Source: a virus. Taken from it: a DNA stretch of 64,000 nt. Below are positions 56,572-63,953 of this stretch, piece by piece. The stretch covers positions 316,878 through 380,877 of IMG/VR virus record IMGVR_UViG_3300025030_000039; one strand, written 5' to 3'. The position numbers were made by a program, and so were the translations under genes. The notes under the pieces are model-generated. The model ran no database searches. It was not told the origin of the DNA and worked only from the letters and a program-made list of their open reading frames with translations. Numbering within the stretch: position 1 is the stretch's first letter; each line of letters opens with the position of its first letter.

Positions 56572-56577
56572 CTTTGT

Positions 56578-56754
56578 GATTGTAGAAGGACTCGAACCAA
56601 CAACCCCTCACTTTCAAATTACTGACAAAAATACTATTAAGCGTCCCTAAATTCATTTTGTTTTTATTCTATTTATTATAAATATATCATCCACTTATGC
56701 GCTATAAGCTTATATACACCTACAATAAAAATAAGACTCTAACCATTGAGCTAT
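56578..56754 (-). tRNA. split-looking tRNA-like locus: 5' half (acceptor GGTTGTA, D arm GCTCAATGGTTAGAGT) and 3' half (TTCGAGT T-loop, acceptor TACAATC) separated by about 100 nt
   Basis: The 5' GGTTGTA at about 56748-56754 pairs 7/7 (one G-U) with TACAATC at about 56579-56585. The T-stem is poor (GTTGG/CCTTC). Possible intron-containing gene or pseudogene. Confidence 0.3.
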
Positions 56755-56782
56755 ACAACCATGTAAATATAATTAAAAAGAT

Positions 56783-56810
56783 CGAAATATAAAAGGCTTA
56801 TAAGCCTTTT
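56783..56810 (-). terminator. possible terminator overlapping the stop of 56798..57232
   Basis: AAAAGGCTTA TAAGCCTTTT with a moderate T-rich tail. Confidence 0.35.
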
Positions 56811-57232
56811 ATATTTTTATAGAATGTTCCTTTTTCATCTTTATAATCTTGTAATGCTAAATCTGCAGCATCTTTTAACTTTAGCCATTCTTTACGAAGC
56901 TTTTGAATTCTTTCATGCTGCTCAGATACTAATTTAACTCTTTCATCTGATTTTAAAATCTCTTTAGCAACAAAATGAAATAATCTATTTATACTACCTA
57001 AACTATTAACAAATCTACATTTATTTAAAAATCTTTTAAGCCTTTTTCTATCACATATTCCTAAATCAGTTATATGACTTTCTTTTACTTCTTGTAAAAG
57101 ATCTTGTTTACCTTTAAAGGTATATACCTTTTTATCATCAATAATTGTGTTATTTTGTAATTTTTCAATTTCATTTATTGTATTATAATATTCATTGAAC
57201 AAATTTGCGTTGTGATCTACTATTTTTTCCAT
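56798..57232 (-). CDS. hypothetical protein
   Basis: ORF only. Confidence 0.35.
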   Translation of the reverse strand: MEKIVDHNANLFNEYYNTINEIEKLQNNTIIDDKKVYTFKGKQDLLQEVKESHITDLGICDRKRLKRFLNKCRFVNSLGSINRLFHFVAKEILKSDERVKLVSEQHERIQKLRKEWLKLKDAADLALQDYKDEKGTFYKNIKGL

Positions 57233-57346
57233 TGTTTTAAATTTTTTATTTTAAGTTGTTTTATTTTTGTTGGGTTTGTAATTAATTTAAAACAAATACG
57301 TAGGACCTCTAATTGTAATTTTAATCTATTTCATAACTTTAATTTT

Positions 57347-57688
57347 TTAAATTTCACGAAGCATAAGTGGTAAACTTGAACATATTCTTTTAGACTCAAT
57401 TCCTGGCTCAACAGCAATTGCAGTAAGTTGATTGCCTATATCAGGTTCTCTAAATTCTGTATAAGCCAACTTAGAATGCATAAATTTAGAAATATACTTT
57501 TCTAATTCGCATTCATTTTTAACAGATAATAAACAAAGATAATTTGAATTTTTATTCCAACATTTAGAAATTTCTGGATATTGATGTTGAAAATCTATAG
57601 CAGCATGTGTAGCCTGAACTGCCTGATAACCAGGCTTTAAATCTTCCCTAGTAATAATAATTAGTTTATGATTATTAATCTACTTCAT
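57347..57688 (-). CDS. PTH2-family peptidyl-tRNA hydrolase paralog with in-frame TAG at codon 3 (requires amber readthrough or a non-ATG start)
   Basis: ATG AAG TAG ATT AAT... then ...LIIITREDLKPGYQAVQATHAAIDF...LTAIAVEPG..., which parallels the Pth2 signature of 28887..29327. A promoter motif copy lies 17 nt upstream of the ATG. Absent from the ORF track because of the TAG. Confidence 0.45.
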
Positions 57689-57722
57689 AACAAAATTTAT
57701 TTAATTATTATATGCAAATATA

Positions 57723-57736
57723 ATAAAAATGTTTCA
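57723..57736 (-). promoter_or_regulatory. recurrent promoter-like motif (TGCAAATATAATAA variant)
   Basis: About 17 nt upstream (gene sense) of the ATG AAG TAG start at 57688. Confidence 0.45.
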
Positions 57737-57744
57737 AATAAAAA

Positions 57745-58167
57745 TTATTTTTTTAATTTATTTTTAACTATTATTTTTAATAATTCATAATTTAAATCAT
57801 TTGGATGTAATTCCATACAATTTTTCATAAAAAAACCAAAATATGATTGTTCTCCATATATATGTTTATTAAATTCTTCATTATTATTTTTAATAACGTT
57901 ATTTACTAAATTAATAGTTTCTTCTTCTGATAAATATTTTGGAAGATATTTTTCAATTATACAAATTTCATTTATTGCTTGTATGGTTCCTATTGTTTCT
58001 AGATTACTTATTAATGTTCTTAGAATAAAGTTAACTTCATAATCTTTTAATATTTTATTAAATTGTCTATGAAACTCTCCAATAATTACTTTTAATATAC
58101 TAATATATTCCTTATCTTTATTTTTGATAGCTATTTTTAAGTCATTTTTAATTTTATTTTGAAGCAT
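57745..58167 (-). CDS. hypothetical protein
   Basis: ORF only. Confidence 0.35.
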   Translation of the reverse strand: MLQNKIKNDLKIAIKNKDKEYISILKVIIGEFHRQFNKILKDYEVNFILRTLISNLETIGTIQAINEICIIEKYLPKYLSEEETINLVNNVIKNNNEEFNKHIYGEQSYFGFFMKNCMELHPNDLNYELLKIIVKNKLKK

Positions 58168-58193
58168 AATGAATGATCTTATTTATTTATTTA

Positions 58194-58436
58194 TTAAAAA
58201 TAAAGTATCTGTCTTTTATTATTTTGTGGAAATATTTCCAATAATTTTTTTCTTTTATATTCTAATTCTAAAATATGATATCTTTCTAGTATTTTATCAT
58301 ATGCTTCTTTATCATTGTATTTTTTAAAAAATAATTCTAAATACTTTTTAGAATTATTTAATTGTGATAATGTTTTACAATTATTAACAGTACTAAAACA
58401 TTTTTCGTATAATTTTACACTAATTAACAATTTCAT
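58194..58436 (-). CDS. hypothetical protein
   Basis: ORF only. Confidence 0.35.
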   Translation of the reverse strand: MKLLISVKLYEKCFSTVNNCKTLSQLNNSKKYLELFFKKYNDKEAYDKILERYHILELEYKRKKLLEIFPQNNKRQILYF

Positions 58437-58644
58437 TATTTATTATTTTAATAATTTTAGAAGAAACTAATTTATATTTATTCATAATTTCTTTAATTCT
58501 TTTTTTGGAATATCATAATGATCTGAGTGAAACTAACATTTTTTTACATTTAATTTCATTGTCATTAAATGTAAATTAAGCACGGAATACGGAATACAAA
58601 TTAAATGCCTGCTATTATCACAGATAAATTCCATCTTTAATTAT

Positions 58645-59187
58645 TTAAGATATATCAATAATTAAATCTAATATTTCTTCTGCAGAATCTTCTATACTTA
58701 AAATATCAGTTCTTAATTCAAGATCTGGATCTTCTGGAGCTTCATATGGAGAATCTATTCCTGTAAAATCTTTTATTTTACCAGCTCTAACTTTTTTATA
58801 AAGTCCTTTAACATCTCTTCTTTCACATAATTCAATTGGAGCATTAACATAAATTTCTATAAAATTTTCTAAACCTATAATTTCTTTAGCTAAATCTCTA
58901 ATTTCCTTAGTAGGACTAATAAAAGAAACTATTACATTTCTATTATTTAATATAAATAATTTTGCAATTTCGGCAACTCTTCTAATATTTTCTTTTCTAT
59001 CATTATTAGTAAATCCTAAATCTTTATTTATACCAAGTCTTAAATCATCTCCATCAAGAATTATAATACCTGAATATTCTTTTTTTACCTGCTTTGCTAT
59101 TGTTGTTTTACCAGCTCCAGATAATCCAGTTAACCAATATACTTTTTTCATTGTTTTTAATTTATATATCGTATACTTCAGCGACAC
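58645..59187 (-). CDS. cysC: adenylylsulfate (APS) kinase
   Basis: YWLTGLSGAGKTTIA P-loop, LDGDDLR, DLGF..DR.ENIRRV.EIAKL, VIVSFISP: the CysC signature. Confidence 0.6.
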   Translation of the reverse strand: MSLKYTIYKLKTMKKVYWLTGLSGAGKTTIAKQVKKEYSGIIILDGDDLRLGINKDLGFTNNDRKENIRRVAEIAKLFILNNRNVIVSFISPTKEIRDLAKEIIGLENFIEIYVNAPIELCERRDVKGLYKKVRAGKIKDFTGIDSPYEAPEDPDLELRTDILSIEDSAEEILDLIIDIS

Positions 59188-59596
59188 CGTGATCTACTAT
59201 TACAACCATAGTTTCTGTTAAATTTTCTTTTAATTTTAAAGCAGCTTCTTTATCAATAATATCAAGAACTTTTTGCATGTATTCTCTTAATGCTAAACCT
59301 CTTGCAAATGGAATTTCACCTCTATCTCTAATATCTTGCCAATTAAAATTAGGCATTAATGCATTAGCTATATCTAATCCAAATGGAGCATCAACATTAA
59401 TAATAACTATAACTACATCATTATTTGTTAAATGTCTTTCATTAATTCTATTTCTAAAATGTACAATTCTATCTATATTGAGATGAAATGTATTTATACA
59501 ATTACTTTTTTCAACTGCTTTAATTACAGAAACTGCTTCAGGATCAATTAAAACAATTTCGCCATTAATATTTTCTATTCGTGGTAAATTTTCCAT
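59162..59596 (-). CDS. hypothetical protein
   Basis: ORF only; overlaps cysC by 26 nt. Confidence 0.35.
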   Translation of the reverse strand: MENLPRIENINGEIVLIDPEAVSVIKAVEKSNCINTFHLNIDRIVHFRNRINERHLTNNDVVIVIINVDAPFGLDIANALMPNFNWQDIRDRGEIPFARGLALREYMQKVLDIIDKEAALKLKENLTETMVVIVDHGVAEVYDI

Positions 59597-60072
59597 TATT
59601 TTATAAAATCATTACGTAATTGTGTTAATACTTTTCCTAATAAATTTTGACCTGGCCATTTATTTTCTGGAATATTTACAGCATCTTCTTCTAATAATCC
59701 AATACCCCATATTTTATCATAAGGACTTGCTTCTACTAAAGTTCTAGTTTCAGTAGCAATTAATTGTTTTAATAGGTTTGGATTTTGTTCAAATTTTTCT
59801 TTATTAACATCATACATAAAATTATATGATATTTTACTCCATTTATCAGTATCAAATCCTTTAACTTTTCTTCCTAATTTTTTATTTAAACTCGGATTAG
59901 GTTCATTTAAAATTTCATTTGCTGTTTTAGAATCATTAAAATAATTTGCTTTTTCCCACATAAAAGCTTGTTCACTATTTGAAAATTCTAAACTTTTATA
60001 ATTAAATTTAACAGAATACCAATTGGAATATATTCCATTCCAAAAAAATACATACTTATCAGTTGTTATCAT
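59596..60072 (-). CDS. NADAR (YbiA/DUF1768) domain protein
   Basis: FFWNGIYSNW...F.SEQAFMWEKA..F.D...LGRKVKGFD...W...KF.QN..L...LL.T....L.E.S..D.IWGIG follows the NADAR conserved blocks. Confidence 0.55.
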   Translation of the reverse strand: MITTDKYVFFWNGIYSNWYSVKFNYKSLEFSNSEQAFMWEKANYFNDSKTANEILNEPNPSLNKKLGRKVKGFDTDKWSKISYNFMYDVNKEKFEQNPNLLKQLIATETRTLVEASPYDKIWGIGLLEEDAVNIPENKWPGQNLLGKVLTQLRNDFIK

Positions 60073-60094
60073 TTCTAAAAATATTAAAAATTAG

Positions 60095-60165
60095 AGGGCC
60101 TAGAGGGATTCAAACCCCCGTAGTCAGCTTTGCAGGCTGCGACCTAATCACTCGGACATAGGCCC
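60095..60165 (-). tRNA. tRNA-Cys (anticodon GCA)
   Basis: GGGCCTA TG ... CAGC CTGCAAA GCTG ACTAC GGGGG TTTGAAT CCCTC TAGGCCC. The D region and anticodon stem (4 bp) are slightly irregular. Confidence 0.55.
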
Positions 60166-60172
60166 ATATCGT

Positions 60173-61129
60173 TTATCTATTAAAAAACTCTTTTTCGTTA
60201 TAATACAACATACTTAATCTAGTAGCAAATGTTTTATCAGATGTACTATCTCCTATCATTATACATTGTTTAGGATCTAACATATATTTATATATTAGAT
60301 CTATACCCATTCCACTTTGAGGTTTTCTACAATAACAAATTTCCTTAGGTATACTATGAGGACAATATTTATAATCATCAATAATATTATTCATTAAAGA
60401 ATTTGTTTCTTTAATTATATCTTCAACGTTATCTATAAAGTGACCTTTATTAACTCCTGATTGATTAGTTACTGCTAAAATTAAAAATCCTCTATTTTTA
60501 TATTTTTGTAAAATGCTTACGGTATTTTCTAAAATATATTGATCATTTAAGTTAATTGGATATTTTTCTCCACTAACTGTTTTTCTAACAGTACCATCTA
60601 AATCAATTAATAATGCTTTATTTTTTAAATTAGTATCCCAAATTCTTTCAAATTCTGTAATTACTAATTCATTATAATCTGTAACTTTAGGCTTTTTAAA
60701 TTCTTTTGAATACTTAAATATTGCTGGAAGAACCCAAACATTTGGATTATTTTTAAATATAATAGGAATAGTATCTGTATAATTATGAAAGCTTCCTGTA
60801 ATTTTTTTAATTCTAATATAAGAATTAATTAATGCATCTTCTTTAGAAGTATTCATTAAATGAAATCCTATTGTGTGTTTATGATATTTACAATTATCTA
60901 TAAATAAATATCTTGTATTTTCATTAGGAAGAGTTGCATCAATTACTATTTTCTTAACACCGTCTTTTATATGTTTTTCATGAAGTGCAGCTAAATCTAT
61001 CATAGAAATATTTAAGCTATCTCTATTTAAAATTAAATATCCTAATTTTTCGTATTCTTTTGAAATACTAGATTTTCCACTTGCTGGATATCCTCCAATT
61101 AAAACAGTATCAGTATTACAAAGTTTCAT
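60173..61129 (-). CDS. pnk: polynucleotide 5'-kinase/3'-phosphatase (T4 Pnk-like)
   Basis: N-terminal P-loop LIGGYPASGKSS. C-terminal HAD phosphatase LIDLDGTV (DxDGT), AVTNQSG, IGDSTSD. Confidence 0.6.
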   Translation of the reverse strand: MKLCNTDTVLIGGYPASGKSSISKEYEKLGYLILNRDSLNISMIDLAALHEKHIKDGVKKIVIDATLPNENTRYLFIDNCKYHKHTIGFHLMNTSKEDALINSYIRIKKITGSFHNYTDTIPIIFKNNPNVWVLPAIFKYSKEFKKPKVTDYNELVITEFERIWDTNLKNKALLIDLDGTVRKTVSGEKYPINLNDQYILENTVSILQKYKNRGFLILAVTNQSGVNKGHFIDNVEDIIKETNSLMNNIIDDYKYCPHSIPKEICYCRKPQSGMGIDLIYKYMLDPKQCIMIGDSTSDKTFATRLSMLYYNEKEFFNR

Positions 61130-61314
61130 ATTTCTTTATATTTTTTGAATAGTTCATCATATAATGCTTCATCTAACTTTTTCATTTTAGTAAACAATTT
61201 ACCAATTCCTGATTCAGCTTTTGTTTTAGTACCATTCTTAATAGCATTCATTAAGCCGATAATCTTTTGTTCAAGTTCTTTAATATGCTTCATATAATTC
61301 AACAATATGTCCAA
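61126..61314 (-). CDS. hypothetical protein
   Basis: ORF only. Confidence 0.3.
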   Translation of the reverse strand: MDILLNYMKHIKELEQKIIGLMNAIKNGTKTKAESGIGKLFTKMKKLDEALYDELFKKYKEI

Positions 61315-61531
61315 TTTCTTTAAATTGCTTAGCTATTTCATTAGCTTCATTTATATCTTTTCTAAAAGATACTGTAATAGGTTCATTAGTATAATAAAGC
61401 TCATCATATATTTTTTTACATTCATATAATGAAAAATCAGTATTATCTTTTATTAACCTAATTGTAAATAAAGGTCTTTTACCTTTTGTTAATAAGCTTA
61501 CATTATATTTAATTTCCTCGTCTTCTTTCAT
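61280..61531 (-). CDS. hypothetical protein
   Basis: ORF only. Confidence 0.3.
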   Translation of the reverse strand: MKEDEEIKYNVSLLTKGKRPLFTIRLIKDNTDFSLYECKKIYDELYYTNEPITVSFRKDINEANEIAKQFKEIGHIVELYEAY

Positions 61532-61736
61532 ATTCTATATATAAATAATATGATATTATCGTAAATAAAACCCAAAATAAAACATGATACAGATGTATCA
61601 TAGTAGGTAAAAACGGCAAAGAAAGTGTTTGTAAAATTACTTCACTTACACCAATTACTAACCACTTATTAAAAATACCTTTCTTCTTCCAAAAGTTTTT
61701 TAATTTATTCCAATAATAATTAAATTCTTTAATCAT
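61509..61736 (-). CDS. small membrane protein
   Basis: Two TM helices. Confidence 0.3.
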   Translation of the reverse strand: MIKEFNYYWNKLKNFWKKKGIFNKWLVIGVSEVILQTLSLPFLPTMIHLYHVLFWVLFTIISYYLYIEYERRRGN

Positions 61737-61738
61737 AT

Positions 61739-61752
61739 TGTAAATATAATAA
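61739..61752 (-). promoter_or_regulatory. recurrent promoter-like motif
   Basis: TGTAAATATAATAA right upstream (gene sense) of 61509..61736. Confidence 0.45.
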
Positions 61753-61877
61753 TAATGTTTAACAAATAAAAATGTAATACTTTAAAGAGTGTAGTGAAGC
61801 TGCAGCTTCTGTGGGTACTACACATTTTATCCACTTTTATTAAAATCTCATAGGTTAACAACCAATCATTTGAGAGT

Positions 61878-62105
61878 TTAATATGTTATTTGAATTCTTT
61901 TTTTCCCTTTACATGAATCAAGAGAGCACTGTAAATTATAATTTTCAGTTTTTAAATAAAAATTTTCTTTTTTAATTATTTCTAAATTTATTTCTTGTTC
62001 ATCATTAATTTCATTATTATTTTCATCTGGAATAAACCATATAATAATTATAATCATTATCATACCAATAAATGTAATATAGTCTTGTATTAAAATTTTA
62101 TTCAT
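61878..62105 (-). CDS. small membrane protein
   Basis: One TM helix. Confidence 0.3.
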   Translation of the reverse strand: MNKILIQDYITFIGMIMIIIIIWFIPDENNNEINDEQEINLEIIKKENFYLKTENYNLQCSLDSCKGKKRIQITY

Positions 62106-62130
62106 AATCTATTTATATATTGTAGCCGGG

Positions 62131-62949
62131 TTAATATCTTATTGTAAATAAAGAATAATCTATTTTATAATCTTTATAATATTCTTTAAATATTGGTAAA
62201 TTTTCTAATTTTAAATTATCTAAATTTTTAAATTCATTTTTTTCTATTAATCTTAAATCTATATTATTATATTCTAATACTTTATTCATTTTATAAATAT
62301 CTCTATCTTTCATCCAGCCTTTTACTTCGATATAAATGTTAAAGTCAGGTAAATAAAAATCTGATGTATAAAACCTATTATTTAAATATTTTAATCTTTT
62401 TCTTTCCCAATAGATATTATTACTAGTTAACCATTCTGCAACTTTCTTTTCCCAGGTCCCTTGTACTTTAATATTAAATTTACCATTAAATACTTCATAC
62501 CATAAAGTATGATGATCACCGTTATTTTCTAAAAATTTTATTCTACCTCTACTTATAGATTCTTTATGTTTTTCAGTTAATGATATACCTATTCTCCGTT
62601 TAGTTGCACCTATAGATAATTTATTTCTATATTCTTTAGCCTTTTCTTTTCCTAATGCTTCTTCTAAAGTTCTTCCCTTTCTCCAAATCCATCCGTTAGT
62701 TGTAATACATCTTTTAATAGGTTCTTTCCCATTTCTATGAATTAAACAAAATGAAAAATGTCCATTTAATGATTGTGCTTTTTCAAACTCTTTACCACAT
62801 TCACATATATAAATATTTTTATCAACTATAAAATACTTACTTTTTTTCTTAATAGCCTTTAAAATTATATCAAACTTATCACATTTAAATCCATATGTTG
62901 ATAATCCTCTTTGTGTTTTAAATTCTTTTCCACAATTACACTTAAACAT
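62131..62949 (-). CDS. homing-endonuclease-like protein: zinc fingers plus PD-(D/E)xK-like domain (paralog of 32302..33000)
   Basis: CNCGKEF / CECGKEF...H C2H2-type fingers. The C-terminal block KVQGTWEKKVAEWL...IYWER...YTSDFYLPDFNIYIEVKGW matches the 32302 paralog. Confidence 0.45.
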   Translation of the reverse strand: MFKCNCGKEFKTQRGLSTYGFKCDKFDIILKAIKKKSKYFIVDKNIYICECGKEFEKAQSLNGHFSFCLIHRNGKEPIKRCITTNGWIWRKGRTLEEALGKEKAKEYRNKLSIGATKRRIGISLTEKHKESISRGRIKFLENNGDHHTLWYEVFNGKFNIKVQGTWEKKVAEWLTSNNIYWERKRLKYLNNRFYTSDFYLPDFNIYIEVKGWMKDRDIYKMNKVLEYNNIDLRLIEKNEFKNLDNLKLENLPIFKEYYKDYKIDYSLFTIRY

Positions 62950-63011
62950 AATGATATTTTTATTTTATATATCATTATATCTAGTCTAAACCAATTACCA
63001 TTATGACCTTG

Positions 63012-63093
63012 TAACGAAGGAGAGATTCGAACTCTCACGCAATTAAGCATCAGTTCCTAAGACTGACGGGTCTTACCGTTCCCCCACTTCGTC
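63012..63093 (-). tRNA. tRNA-Leu (anticodon UAG), class II
   Basis: GACGAAG TG GGGG AACGGTAAGA CCC G TCAGT CTTAGGA ACTGA TGCTTAATTGCGT GAGAG TTCGAAT CTCTC CTTCGTT A. Confidence 0.7.
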
Positions 63094-63101
63094 ATTTATA
63101 T

Positions 63102-63335
63102 TTAAAACATTATACGGTCATCATCGGGTTCATATCGTGATTTATCAAATAATACATGTATTGGACTATTACCATCACTTTGTATTTTAACCGTATAACC
63201 GGTTTGCTCTTTAATTCTATTAAACATCTTTTCCATTGCAGCTGGCATATCTTTAGTTGCTATACCTTCTATTTGATCACCAAATGAAATAGGCTGAACA
63301 TTTCTAACTATTGGAAAACTCCATTCAAAATCCAT
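63102..63335 (-). CDS. hypothetical protein
   Basis: ORF only. Confidence 0.35.
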   Translation of the reverse strand: MDFEWSFPIVRNVQPISFGDQIEGIATKDMPAAMEKMFNRIKEQTGYTVKIQSDGNSPIHVLFDKSRYEPDDDRIMF

Positions 63336-63346
63336 AATTTTATTTT

Positions 63347-63712
63347 TTAAATTGTATCAATTTCTGGTGAACCATCATTCATTGTTATAAAATAATAATC
63401 TCTCGCAAACATTAATGTACTTGGATCTTCAACCATTTTATTTATCTTTCTTACTGCATCGAGAATAATCTTTGGTACATTTGAAATTCTTTTATCATTA
63501 AAATTAATTACACTTATATTTGGATAATTCTTTTTAATATAATGTTTGTGTATATCAGGATATGATAAACTTGAAAGATAATCTATATCCCATAGTTTAC
63601 CTTGATTTTTTTCAGATAGACCTATAAGCTTTCCTGATCTCCATATTCCAAATGCATTATTTCCTAAAATTAAAATACTTAAATAAACATTCTTTATATT
63701 ATTTGAACTCAT
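63347..63712 (-). CDS. hypothetical protein
   Basis: ORF only. Confidence 0.35.
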   Translation of the reverse strand: MSSNNIKNVYLSILILGNNAFGIWRSGKLIGLSEKNQGKLWDIDYLSSLSYPDIHKHYIKKNYPNISVINFNDKRISNVPKIILDAVRKINKMVEDPSTLMFARDYYFITMNDGSPEIDTI

Positions 63713-63716
63713 AATT

Positions 63717-63953
63717 TTATTTTTTAACTCTATAACATATTCCTTCTAAAATATATTTATCTTCTTTATCTATTCTAATTTTAGGAGCAGGAAGATCTTC
63801 ATATTTACTATAAATAGCTTCTAATACACCACCATCACATTTTTTATTTTTACATTTAGGACCATTATAATTTCTTTCGAATGATGTCCACATTTCACTT
63901 CCACATTTACTGCATATAGCAGATAGTCCTATATCATATATTCTTCCACTCAT
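63717..63953 (-). CDS. zinc-ribbon protein
   Basis: CSKCGS...CKNKKCDG. Confidence 0.35.
   Translation of the reverse strand: MSGRIYDIGLSAICSKCGSEMWTSFERNYNGPKCKNKKCDGGVLEAIYSKYEDLPAPKIRIDKEDKYILEGICYRVKK

Noticed and set aside
58560-58610. Small tandem repeat GGAATAC GGAATAC and a 50-codon minus-strand ORF containing an in-frame TAG (about 58480-58630)
   Set aside because: The repeat has only two units. The ORF is short and low complexity with no promoter motif. Noted only as weak additional context for TAG readthrough.
62865-63050. ORF 62865..63050 (-)
   Set aside because: It overlaps the start of 62131..62949 and the tRNA-Leu(UAG) gene; likely spurious.
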